Shown: piece after piece, positions 1-8,277 of the stretch
How the letters are laid out: every line of letters starts with the position of its first letter
How positions within the stretch are numbered: position 1 is the stretch's first letter
NCBI GenBank assembly: GCA_913043225.1
Contig: CAJWLU010000041.1
Span: 1-18,355, forward strand
Reading direction: 5' to 3'
DNA length: 18,355 nucleotides
Source of the DNA: an uncultured Acidobacteriota bacterium
GTDB lineage: Bacteria; Acidobacteriota; Vicinamibacteria; Vicinamibacterales; UBA8438
The notes under the pieces: model-generated
The model's input: the letters and a program-made list of their open reading frames with translations, nothing else
Told to the model about the DNA's origin: nothing
The model's database searches: none
Made by a program: the position numbers and the translations under genes

Positions 1-1
1 G

Positions 2-442
2 AATCAGATAATCGGTATAGAGCAGCCAGCCGAGCTGCTCGACGTTGCCCTGCACCGGAAACGCCGGGGACGGCGCCGTCACCGAGGACGGCTCACGGCT
101 GTAGCTGTAGACAACGATGGCGGCCAGCTCGACCAGCATGGCACCGGAGAGTCCCAGCCCGATCTTGGCCAAGCGTCGTGGATCCTGGTGTTCCTCCGGC
201 TGACGCTTGAGGTTCACAAGCATGACCACGAACAGATACAGCACAACGATGCCGCCGGCGTAGACCAAAATCTGGATAACGGCCAGAAACTCCGCCCGCA
301 GCACCACGTAGAGCACCGCGACACAGAGAAAGTTCAGCACCAGGAAAACCACGCTGTGCACGGTCCTGGGCGTCGTGATCACCGCGACGCCCAGCCCAAG
401 GATCAGAATCGACAGCGTGTAGAAGGCGATAGCTTCGGCCAT
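2..442 (-). CDS. nuoJ: NADH-quinone oxidoreductase subunit J (3' end runs off the window)
   Basis: Not in the ORF track; translated by hand from ATG at 442: MAEAIAFYTLSILILGLGVAVITTPRTVHSVVFLVLNFLCVAVLYVVLRAEFLAVIQILVYAGGIVVLYLFVVML...GNVEQLGWLLYTDYLI. AEFLAxxQxxVYAGGIxVLxLF is the NuoJ/ND6 signature; starts 21 bp after the nuoH stop. Confidence 0.93.
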   Translation of the reverse strand, partial: MAEAIAFYTLSILILGLGVAVITTPRTVHSVVFLVLNFLCVAVLYVVLRAEFLAVIQILVYAGGIVVLYLFVVMLVNLKRQPEEHQDPRRLAKIGLGLSGAMLVELAAIVVYSYSREPSSVTAPSPAFPVQGNVEQLGWLLYTDYLI

Positions 443-463
443 GACTCAGTCGTGCCTAATGTC

Positions 464-1462
464 CTAGACGAGCACCTTGACGATCCCGGTCACCACGATG
501 TTGGCGAGGGCAATCGGAATCAGCAGCTTCCAGCCAATCCGCATCAACTGGTCGTATCGATAGCGCGGCAACGTGGCCCGAATCCACATGAACAGATACA
601 AAAACAGGAAGATCTTGCTGAAGAGCCAGATCCAGCCCGGGATGAGATCCAAGAACGCCAGCGCCTCGACGTTCGGGAAGGGACGCAGCCAGCCGCCAAA
701 GAACAGAATGGCGGTAACGGCCGAGATCACGATGATGTTCGCGTACTCGGCCAGGAAGAACAGCGAGAACCGCATACCGCTGTACTCGGTATGGAAGCCG
801 CCGGTCAGCTCGGTCTCGGCTTCCGGCAGGTCGAACGGCACCCGGTTCGTTTCGGCCAAGCCGCCAATCAGGACCAGAACAAACGCCACCGGCTGCACGA
901 AGCCGTACCAAACCCCGTCGGTGAGCTGGGCCTCGACGATCCCGACCATGCTGAGCGTGCCGGCGGTGAGGATCAGACTGACCAGCGTCATCGTCACCGC
1001 GATCTCATAGCTAATGAGCTGGGCCGATGCTCGCAGACTCGCCAGCAGCGGATACTTACTGTTGGAAGCCCATCCGGCCAGGATGATCCCGTACACGCCG
1101 ATCGAGGTAACCGAAAGGAAAAACAGCAACCCGACGTTGATGTCGGCGACATAGAAGAGCTCGTCTCCCCCGAAGGGCACGACCGCGAACGCCACCAGCG
1201 CCGGCACGAGTGACAGGATCGGAGCCAGGCTGAACAACATCTTGTCCGCCTTGACTGGGGTGATGTCCTCTTTGAGGATGAGCTTGATCGGATCGACGAT
1301 CGCCTGCAGTACCCCGTAGGGCCCCACCCGCATCGGTCCCAGTCTCGACTGAGCCCAGGCGATGACCTTGCGCTCCATCAGAACCATGAAGGTGACCGAG
1401 ATCAGTATTGCGTTGAGCAACACGACGATCTTGAGCAACGGGATGATGAAGGTGTCGAGCAT
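464..1462 (-). CDS. nuoH: NADH-quinone oxidoreductase subunit H
   Basis: ND1 motifs ERKVIAWAQSRLGP, D..KL..KEDI.P, GWASNSKY, SAQLISYEI, AETNRVPFDLPEAETELTGGFHTEYSG, RATLPRYRYDQLM. Start placed at ATG 1462 (MLDTFII); the track's TTG at 1495 overlaps nuoD. Confidence 0.95.
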   Translation of the reverse strand: MLDTFIIPLLKIVVLLNAILISVTFMVLMERKVIAWAQSRLGPMRVGPYGVLQAIVDPIKLILKEDITPVKADKMLFSLAPILSLVPALVAFAVVPFGGDELFYVADINVGLLFFLSVTSIGVYGIILAGWASNSKYPLLASLRASAQLISYEIAVTMTLVSLILTAGTLSMVGIVEAQLTDGVWYGFVQPVAFVLVLIGGLAETNRVPFDLPEAETELTGGFHTEYSGMRFSLFFLAEYANIIVISAVTAILFFGGWLRPFPNVEALAFLDLIPGWIWLFSKIFLFLYLFMWIRATLPRYRYDQLMRIGWKLLIPIALANIVVTGIVKVLV

Positions 1463-1484
1463 CGCAGTCAGGGGTCCACATACG

Positions 1485-2606
1485 TCAGCGGTCAACTTCG
1501 CCCAGCACGATATCGATGGTACCGATGAGGCAGACGACGTCCGCGACCAGGTGACCGACGATCAAGGGCTTCAGCCCCTGTAAGTTGCAGAATGACGGGG
1601 GACGGACTCGGAAACGATACGGGTTCGTCGCACGACCGTCACTGACGATGAAGTAGCCGAGCTCGCCCTTGGGTGATTCGATAGCGTGGTAGGTCTCGCC
1701 GGCCTTGGGCTTGAGGAGCCGGGGCACCTTCCCCATGATCGGCCCCTCCGGCAGACCGTCCAGCGCCTGGCGAATGATACGGATCGACTGCCGGAACTCC
1801 TCGAGCCGGATCAGATACCGGTCATAGGTGTCGCCACGAGTGCCGAGGGGTATTTCGAAATCGAACTCGTCGTAGGCAGCGTACGGCTCGTCCTTTCGCA
1901 CATCCCGGTAGACGCCGGAGCCGCGCAACGGGGGGCCGCAGAGGCCGAGTCCGATCGCGTCTCTGGCAGAAATCACACCGACACCCCGGGTCCGCTCTAG
2001 CCAGATCCGGTTATTGGTCAGGAGCTCCTCGTACTCAGGGAGCTTCCCTTCCATCACGTCACAGAACTCGCGTACCTTGCGGTCCCAACCGCTGGGGATG
2101 TCCAGTGGGAGCCCGCCAATCCGCATCGAGTTGTAGGTAAGCCTCGCGCCGCAGTATTCCTCAAAGAGATCGAGGACGAGCTCTCGCTCCCGGAACGCAT
2201 AGAGCAAGACCGTCATGGCGCCGATGTCCATGGCGTGCGTGCCGAGCCATAGACAGTGACTGCCGATCCGCTGAAGTTCGGCCAGGATCGTTCGGATATA
2301 GCGCGCCCGCCGTGGCACCTCGACCTCGAGCAGCTTCTCGACCGTCTCGCAGTAGCCTAGGTTATTGGTGGCGGCCGCCACATAGTCCATCCGGTCGGTC
2401 AGCAGGATGATCTGCGTCCAGTCCCGGTTCTCGCTGAGCTTCTCGATCCCGCGGTGGACATAGCCCATCACGGTGTCGCAGTCGACGACCCGTTCACCAT
2501 CGAGCTTCAGCACCAGTCGCAGCACCCCGTGGGTGCTAGGGTGCTGCGGCCCCATATTGATGACCAGCTCGTCAGTATCAAAGATAGGTGCCGATTGGGT
2601 TGCCAT
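1485..2606 (-). CDS. nuoD: NADH-quinone oxidoreductase subunit D (49 kDa type)
   Basis: [37 protein letters not shown] and C-terminal DIVLGEVDR. No CxxC NiFe ligands, so not a hydrogenase large subunit. Start placed at ATG 2606 (MATQSAP); the track's upstream extension overlaps nuoC. Confidence 0.96.
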   Translation of the reverse strand: MATQSAPIFDTDELVINMGPQHPSTHGVLRLVLKLDGERVVDCDTVMGYVHRGIEKLSENRDWTQIILLTDRMDYVAAATNNLGYCETVEKLLEVEVPRRARYIRTILAELQRIGSHCLWLGTHAMDIGAMTVLLYAFRERELVLDLFEEYCGARLTYNSMRIGGLPLDIPSGWDRKVREFCDVMEGKLPEYEELLTNNRIWLERTRGVGVISARDAIGLGLCGPPLRGSGVYRDVRKDEPYAAYDEFDFEIPLGTRGDTYDRYLIRLEEFRQSIRIIRQALDGLPEGPIMGKVPRLLKPKAGETYHAIESPKGELGYFIVSDGRATNPYRFRVRPPSFCNLQGLKPLIVGHLVADVVCLIGTIDIVLGEVDR

Positions 2607-2625
2607 AGATCTTGCCGCTCTGGTA

Positions 2626-3360
2626 TTACTCGATCTCCGCCTCATCCTGGAGGTTTCGTAAACGCAGCCACTCCATCGGACTCTCCAGCAGCAACTCACC
2701 TGGCCCCTCGAGCGGGTAGTCCTTCCGCTGCGGGTGCCCTTGCCATCCATCGGGCATTAGGATCCGACGCAGGTCGGGATGCCCGAAGAACTTAACTCCA
2801 AACATGTCCCAGACCTCGCGCTCTAGCCAGTTGGTGGCAGGCCACAGCCCGGTGACCGATGGCACCGGGTCGTCTTCGCCCGCACGGACCTTGATCCGCA
2901 CCCGATGGCGGCGGCGCGTGGAATAAAGACAGTAGATGACGTCGAAACGTTTCTCTCTTGGAGGCCAGTCGCTCGCAGTCAAATCGCTGCAGTAGTCGAA
3001 CGAAGCCTCGTCGTCATCACGCAGATGCGTGGCGATGTCGAGCAGGGCCTCGGACCTCACGATGACCGTCCAATCGCCTACCCAGTAGCTCAGCTGCTCT
3101 ACTGCATCCGGATACGCCTGCTGCAGCGCGGACAGAAACGCGGGGGGCTCCAGATCGTCCGGAGGCAGCGGATCCTCCGGCCCCTTGGGAGGCTCGGGAG
3201 GAGCCTTGGGCTTGGGCGCCGGCTTCTTGGCGGCAGCCTCGGGCTTCGCCGCCGCGTCAGACTTGGCCGCAGGCTGAGGTGTCGCTGGCGTGTCGGCCGC
3301 CGCGTCCGGCTTGGCCGGACCCTCGGGCGCCGATCCGGCGAGCTTTGGATCGTCTGTCAT
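2626..3360 (-). CDS. nuoC: NADH-quinone oxidoreductase subunit C with an N-terminal Pro/Ala/Lys-rich extension
   Basis: 30 kDa subunit signature [49 protein letters not shown]; about 70 aa of low-complexity N-terminus. Confidence 0.95.
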   Translation of the reverse strand: MTDDPKLAGSAPEGPAKPDAAADTPATPQPAAKSDAAAKPEAAAKKPAPKPKAPPEPPKGPEDPLPPDDLEPPAFLSALQQAYPDAVEQLSYWVGDWTVIVRSEALLDIATHLRDDDEASFDYCSDLTASDWPPREKRFDVIYCLYSTRRRHRVRIKVRAGEDDPVPSVTGLWPATNWLEREVWDMFGVKFFGHPDLRRILMPDGWQGHPQRKDYPLEGPGELLLESPMEWLRLRNLQDEAEIE

Positions 3361-3376
3361 CGTAAGAGCTCAGCGG

Positions 3377-3739
3377 TTAAACCCACTCCAACGCACCCTT
3401 GCGCCAGGCATACACGTAGCCCAGCACCAGGATGAAGATGAAGACCAGCATCTCGATCAAACCGAACAGCGCCAACTCGTCCATGATGACCGCCCACGGA
3501 AACATGAAGACGGTCTCCACGTCAAAAATCACGAAGAGCATCGCGATGAGGTAATAGCGGACGCTGTACCTATCGCGAGCGTCGGTCTCTGGCTCGATCC
3601 CGCACTCGTACGGCTCGAGCTTGACCTTGTTGTACTTGGACGACGAGACCAGAGCGGAAACGATCAGCGTAAAGAGCGCGAATCCAGTCGCAACCAGCAC
3701 GAAGAGCAGAATGGGAACGTAGGCTTCGATACTATCCAT
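3377..3739 (-). CDS. nuoA: NADH-quinone oxidoreductase subunit A
   Basis: 120 aa, three TM segments, K..PYECG, RYYLIAMLFVIFDVETVFMFPWA, YAWRKGALEW. Confidence 0.97.
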   Translation of the reverse strand: MDSIEAYVPILLFVLVATGFALFTLIVSALVSSSKYNKVKLEPYECGIEPETDARDRYSVRYYLIAMLFVIFDVETVFMFPWAVIMDELALFGLIEMLVFIFILVLGYVYAWRKGALEWV

Positions 3740-3899
3740 TTAGCGTCCCTAGCCTAGCCTCTCTCCAGACTCCGCGCCGAACTCGAACCGGCACAGAATT
3801 CCCTCGACGTCCACGCGCCTCGATGCAGCCGGAAAACCTCGATGCGGCAGGGTTGGTCGTCGCTGGTCGCTCGACTTTGCAGGCCTGAAAACCGGGCTT

Positions 3900-3928
3900 T
3901 TTATAGCACGCGCCCAGAGGGGTGTCAA
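3900..3928 (-). promoter_or_regulatory. Sigma70-type promoter of the nuo operon
   Basis: Minus strand reads TTGACA (3928-3923), 17-bp spacer, TATAAA (3905-3900), with an extended -10 TG (TGcTATAAA). Points at nuoA, about 160 bp upstream of its ATG. Confidence 0.8.
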
Positions 3929-4145
3929 GGAATCGGGCGTCTGGATGAAACTCCCGAAGGACACGAAAAAAACCCTATATTTTGGGCCGGAAACCAAGCC
4001 TAGTGGAAGCCCGACAAACCCCAATTATCGATATACTTGAAGGGTTCCGTTCTCCCGAACGACGATGGGCGCTCGGGTCGAGCACCGCCGGCGTCGACAC
4101 CGGCGAACACGAGTCGAAACTGGCGTCCAGATGGAGACTGACGCG

Positions 4146-5072
4146 ATGGGTAGAGGCAAGATGTCACCCGGACACCGGCGCAGGCTCGTTGGTGGCCTCC
4201 TATCATTGGCGGCCGTCGCTGTATTCTCAGCACCGGTTGCCTCCCAGGACGGCGAGCGCACGGTCTGGGTCAGCGTCCTCGACAAAGACGGCGTGCCGGT
4301 CGACGGCCTGGGTCCAGGAGACTTTGTCGTAGAGGAAGACGGCGAGGCCCGTGAGGTCCTGAGGGTCGGCCCCGCAAGCACAGCGATGCAAGTGGCGGTG
4401 CTTGTCGACACGAGCTCTGCAGCCCAGTCCGTGATTCCGGATATCCGTGGCGGTCTGGCTTCGCTGGTTGCGGAGTTGCACCAGGATCATGAGATCGCGC
4501 TGGTCGCCTTCGGTCAACGCCCCCAGATCCTGGTCGAATCCACTCGTCAGCTCGAGCGTCTTGAGAATGGAATCGGGCGAATCTTCGCATTCCCGAGCTC
4601 GGCCGCCTACCTGCTCGACGCGCTAGTGGAAACGGCGCGCGGTTTCGAGCGGCGCGAGTCCTCACGCCCCGTCATCGTCGTAGTAGCGACCGACGGCATC
4701 GACTACAGCAACCGCGACGCACGGCAGACCCTAGACGCGCTCGGCGAGGCCGGGGTGGCGACTCACGTGCTGCTCCTGCGGGACAATGCGAACCTGGGCC
4801 TCAGAAACGAGCCGGCGTTGGCCGACACGCTGCGAGAGCGGGACATGGCGCTCTCTCAGGGACCAGACCGCACCGGAGGACGACGACGTGACCTGCTCAT
4901 GGGGCGTGCGTTCACCAGCGCCCTGCGGGAGCTCGCGGTCATGCTGAGCTCACAGTACGAGGTGGTCTACAGCCGGCCGGCGCGGCTAATCCCACCCGAC
5001 GAGATCACCGTGCGGATGCGTCAGGACGAGCTAACGGCGTACGGGGCACCGGCGAAGCACACGGGAGACTAG
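4146..5072 (+). CDS. Exported VWA-domain protein (acidobacterial VWFA-related type), degenerate MIDAS
   Basis: Signal-peptide-like N-terminus (RRRLVGGLLSLAAVAVFSAPVA-SQ); family N-terminal segment VSVLDKDGVPVDGLGPGDFVVEEDG; VLVDTSSA; VVVATDG; C-terminal LSSQYEVVY. Start uncertain (4146 after GGAG, or 4161). Confidence 0.8.
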   Translation: MGRGKMSPGHRRRLVGGLLSLAAVAVFSAPVASQDGERTVWVSVLDKDGVPVDGLGPGDFVVEEDGEAREVLRVGPASTAMQVAVLVDTSSAAQSVIPDIRGGLASLVAELHQDHEIALVAFGQRPQILVESTRQLERLENGIGRIFAFPSSAAYLLDALVETARGFERRESSRPVIVVVATDGIDYSNRDARQTLDALGEAGVATHVLLLRDNANLGLRNEPALADTLRERDMALSQGPDRTGGRRRDLLMGRAFTSALRELAVMLSSQYEVVYSRPARLIPPDEITVRMRQDELTAYGAPAKHTGD

Positions 5073-5074
5073 CT

Positions 5075-6001
5075 ATGAGACGCCATGTCGGCGCGGCCTT
5101 GGCTGCCGTCACTCTCGCGGTCGCGACCGCGATCGCACAGCAACCCCCGGACCAGCCGGCGTTCCGTTCCGGTGTTGATCTCGTTTCGCTGAACGTCACG
5201 GTGACCGATGGCGAAAGCCGCTATGTCACCGACCTGACTCCTGAAGACTTCGAACTCTTCGAGGATGGGGCAGCTCAGGAGATCTCCTTCTTCACTCCAA
5301 CCCAGCTGCCGATCGCTCTGGCCCTCTTGATGGACGCCAGCCAGAGCATGACGGAGAAGATGCCGACGGCGCACGAGGCCGCCGTCGGCTTTGCCGAGCG
5401 TCTACGGCCAGAAGATCTCGGGAGCATTATCAAATTCGACAGCCGGGTGGAGATCCTGCAGGGGTTCACCGGGTCGATTGACGAGCTCATCACCGCGATT
5501 CGACGCACCACGCCGGGCGGCTCGACGTCGCTCTACAACGCCATCTACATCTCGCTGAAAGAGCTGGGCAAGATCGAGGCAACCTCGAGCGAGGAGATCC
5601 GACGGCAGGCGATCGTGGTCCTCTCCGATGGCGACGACACCTCCAGCCTGATCGACTTCGACGAAGTGCTGGAGCTGGCCAAGCGCTCGAACACTGTCAT
5701 CTACGCAATCGGCCTGCGTTCCGGAGATGGTCGGAACCGCCGCGGATTCCGTGAAGCCGATTTCGTGTTGCGCCAGCTGGCCCAGGAAACAGGCGGACGG
5801 GCGTTCTTTCCCGAGCAGCTAGAGGACCTACCGGACATTTACCAGCGCATCTCTGACGAGCTATCCAGCCAGTATTCCCTTGGCTACATCTCGAAGAACC
5901 CGATGCAGGACGGCAAGTATCGACGGATCGTCGTGCGGGTAGACCGAGAGAACGTCGCCGCACGCACTCGACAGGGGTACTACGCACCGAGCCTGAACTA
6001 G
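5075..6001 (+). CDS. Exported VWA-domain protein (acidobacterial VWFA-related type), intact MIDAS
   Basis: GGAG RBS; signal peptide ending AIA-QQ; FRSGVDLVSLNVTVTD; MIDAS DASQS...GSTSLYNA...VLSDGDDTSS; LAQETGGRAF; QYSLGY; RQGYYAP. Confidence 0.9.
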   Translation: MRRHVGAALAAVTLAVATAIAQQPPDQPAFRSGVDLVSLNVTVTDGESRYVTDLTPEDFELFEDGAAQEISFFTPTQLPIALALLMDASQSMTEKMPTAHEAAVGFAERLRPEDLGSIIKFDSRVEILQGFTGSIDELITAIRRTTPGGSTSLYNAIYISLKELGKIEATSSEEIRRQAIVVLSDGDDTSSLIDFDEVLELAKRSNTVIYAIGLRSGDGRNRRGFREADFVLRQLAQETGGRAFFPEQLEDLPDIYQRISDELSSQYSLGYISKNPMQDGKYRRIVVRVDRENVAARTRQGYYAPSLN

Positions 6002-6035
6002 AATCGCCGCGATTAGCGGTACCACCGGACATCCC

Positions 6036-6857
6036 ATGACCATACTGCTGCTCTCGCTCTACGTAGCCGCCGGCGTTACCTACGGCATGCACTTCGCGCG
6101 TCGCGATGCCGGGGCTGGACGACTGGCCTCCGCCACCTTGGCCGCGGCCGCGCTGATGCACACCTTCGTTATCGGTATGCGCACGGTCGAGGTAGGGCAT
6201 CTACCATTCGTGGGCGCCCCTGCCGCTATCTCCGCCTTCGTCTGGCTGCTGGCGGTCGCCTATCTCTACACCGAGGTGACGACCGACGAGCGTGCCATGG
6301 GGGTCTTCATTGTGCCGTTGCTCGTGATCCTGCAGACCGTCTCTACGCTCAGCGATCGGGTCATCGAACCGCCCCCCGTTCTGGACAGCCCTTGGTTCGC
6401 CGTCCACGTTTCGTCCTTACTGTTCGCCTACGCGGCCTTCGCCCTGGCGTGCGTCATCGGAATCACGTATGTCCTGCTCTTCCGGGAGCTGAAGTCGAAA
6501 CAGCTCGGTTTCTTTGCGGCGCGGCTGCCGTCTCTGCAGGTACTCGACACGATGAACGGCCGCGCGGTCGGCGTAGGCTGGCTGTTTCTCACCGCAGGCC
6601 TAGCGGTTGGCGGGGTCTGGTTGTTCCAACTTCAGCCGGAGACCGCGGACCCACGAGTGGCGGCGATGACACTGCTCGACCCGAAGATCTCGGTCGTGCT
6701 CCTCAGCTGGACGGTGTACTCGTTCGAACTGTACGCGCGACGCGTCATCGGCTGGAGCGGTCGACGTGCCGCCTGGCTGTCGGCCCTCGGCTTCTCGATC
6801 GTGCTACTCAATCTAGTGCCGGTCGGATATTTCCTGACCAAGAGTCATAACTTCTAG
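6036..6857 (+). CDS. Cytochrome c assembly family membrane protein, HemX/CcsA-like
   Basis: About 8 hydrophobic segments; WFAVHV, RLPSLQVLD, G.LFLTAGL..GG.W, DPK, GWSGRRAAW and C-terminal SHNF; directly upstream of hemA. Confidence 0.85.
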   Translation: MTILLLSLYVAAGVTYGMHFARRDAGAGRLASATLAAAALMHTFVIGMRTVEVGHLPFVGAPAAISAFVWLLAVAYLYTEVTTDERAMGVFIVPLLVILQTVSTLSDRVIEPPPVLDSPWFAVHVSSLLFAYAAFALACVIGITYVLLFRELKSKQLGFFAARLPSLQVLDTMNGRAVGVGWLFLTAGLAVGGVWLFQLQPETADPRVAAMTLLDPKISVVLLSWTVYSFELYARRVIGWSGRRAAWLSALGFSIVLLNLVPVGYFLTKSHNF

Positions 6858-6936
6858 GAAAGGATGCTGCTCCCGGCTTTCGGATTTGGGATCTAGCGAC
6901 CCACTCGTCGTCCGCTGAGGCGACGCCCGAGAACGC

Positions 6937-8277
6937 ATGGAACTGCTGCTGCTTGGCGTGAGTCATCACACGGCGCCGGTCGACCTGCGCGAGCGGGTGG
7001 ACTTCTCGAGACGGGGCGTGACCACCGCGCTCGGCGAACTCTCGGTCCGCCCAACTCTCGCCGAGGCAGTCGTGTTGACCACGTGCAATCGGGCCGAGCT
7101 CTACGTGACGTGCGAAGATCCGGTGGCGACGGTTCGGGACCTGGCGGTGTTCATGAGCCGGTTCCACGACGTGCCGAAAACCGAGTTGGCGCCGCACTTG
7201 TATACCCACACCGGTCCGGACGTCGTTCGTCATCTCTTCAGGGTCGCCTCTGGCCTCGACTCTCTGGTGGTCGGTGAACCCCAGATCTTCGGCCAGGTCA
7301 AAGACGCCTACGCGACGGCGAGCGAAGAGCGCACGACGGGGGCGCTGTTGAACAAGCTGTTCACCTCGGCCTTCGGTGTGGGCAAGCGGGTGCGCGCCGA
7401 CACCGGGCTGGGCGAGGGCGCGGTCTCGGTCAGTTACGCGGCCATCACCCTGGCCCGGAAGATCTTCGGGAGTCTTGAGCAAAGGGACGTCTTGGTGGTC
7501 GGTGCCGGCGAGATGGCGGAGCTGACCGCCACCCACCTTCGCTCGCAGGCTGTGCGGTCGATCGCCGTCACGAGCAGGACCCGGACCCGCGCCGAGGCGC
7601 TGGCGCAGAAAGTGGACGGCCACGCCGTGACGTGGTCTGAACTTCCGGCACAACTACTGACCGCTGACATCATGGTGACCGCGACCGGAGCACAGACACC
7701 GGTCATCAACCGCACCCAGGTAGACGAAGCGATGCGTGCGCGGCGCAATCGCCCGCTCTTCATCATCGATATCGGCCTACCCCGCGACGTCGATCCCGCT
7801 GCGAGCGATCTGGAACAAGTCTTTCTCTACAACATCGACGACCTCCGTACCCTGGTTGACGAGAACCTGGCTCGGCGACGCGATCAGATGTCCCAAGCAG
7901 AGTCGATGGTGTCGGACGAGGTCGAGTCCTTCCAGACGTGGCTCCGGGCTCGAGGCTCGATCCCAACGCTGGTGGCGCTCCGACGACATTTCGAAGATCT
8001 TCGCCAGTCCGAGCTGAACCGACTTGAACCTAAGCTCAACGGCCTGTCTCCGGAGGCACGGTCCAGGGTCGACGAGATCACACGACTCCTGGTCCAAAAG
8101 CTCCTGATCTCCCCCACCGAACGGCTGAAGAACGCGGGTGACGAACAAACCGCGGCGCAATACTCGGAGGTAGTCACCCAGCTGTTCGGCCTGGCCGAGC
8201 CGCTCGCCGGCGAGACGACGTCAACCGATGAGCACACCTCGCCGCCGCCCAAGACCAAGACACCGGTGACGTCGTGA
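6937..8277 (+). CDS. hemA: Glutamyl-tRNA reductase
   Basis: GVSHHTAPVDLRE, catalytic TCNR.E, HLFRVASGLDSLVVGEPQIFGQVKDAY, GAGEM, IDIGLPRDVDP, LYNIDDL. Confidence 0.98.
   Translation: MELLLLGVSHHTAPVDLRERVDFSRRGVTTALGELSVRPTLAEAVVLTTCNRAELYVTCEDPVATVRDLAVFMSRFHDVPKTELAPHLYTHTGPDVVRHLFRVASGLDSLVVGEPQIFGQVKDAYATASEERTTGALLNKLFTSAFGVGKRVRADTGLGEGAVSVSYAAITLARKIFGSLEQRDVLVVGAGEMAELTATHLRSQAVRSIAVTSRTRTRAEALAQKVDGHAVTWSELPAQLLTADIMVTATGAQTPVINRTQVDEAMRARRNRPLFIIDIGLPRDVDPAASDLEQVFLYNIDDLRTLVDENLARRRDQMSQAESMVSDEVESFQTWLRARGSIPTLVALRRHFEDLRQSELNRLEPKLNGLSPEARSRVDEITRLLVQKLLISPTERLKNAGDEQTAAQYSEVVTQLFGLAEPLAGETTSTDEHTSPPPKTKTPVTS

Noticed and set aside
188..1213. 341-aa plus-strand ORF rich in H/Q/D/E/R
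   Set aside because: Codon-register antisense shadow of hydrophobic nuoH/nuoJ; no recognisable motif.
2607..2750. N-terminal extensions given by the ORF track for nuoD (also nuoH, hemD, hemB, first VWA gene, lipoprotein)
   Set aside because: They overlap upstream genes or regulatory elements; downstream starts match family N-termini and coupling overlaps.
1485..3360. Possible group 4 NiFe hydrogenase (Ech/Hyc-like) as explanation for the odd nuo order
   Set aside because: The large subunit has no N- or C-terminal CxxC and ends in GEVDR; it is a true NuoD, flanked by nuoA and nuoJ.
3749..4024. 91-aa minus-strand ORF upstream of nuoA (leader peptide or nuoB remnant?)
   Set aside because: TTG start, no RBS, runs through the nuo promoter, no NuoB CC or other Fe-S motifs.
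6858..6936. 79-bp gap before hemA with a weak hairpin (cgtcgtc...ggcgacg)
   Set aside because: Short imperfect GC stem without U-tract or recognisable riboswitch features; expected by chance at this GC content.
6808..7653. 281-aa minus-strand ORF opposite hemA
   Set aside because: Antisense shadow ORF typical of high-GC coding DNA; no motifs.
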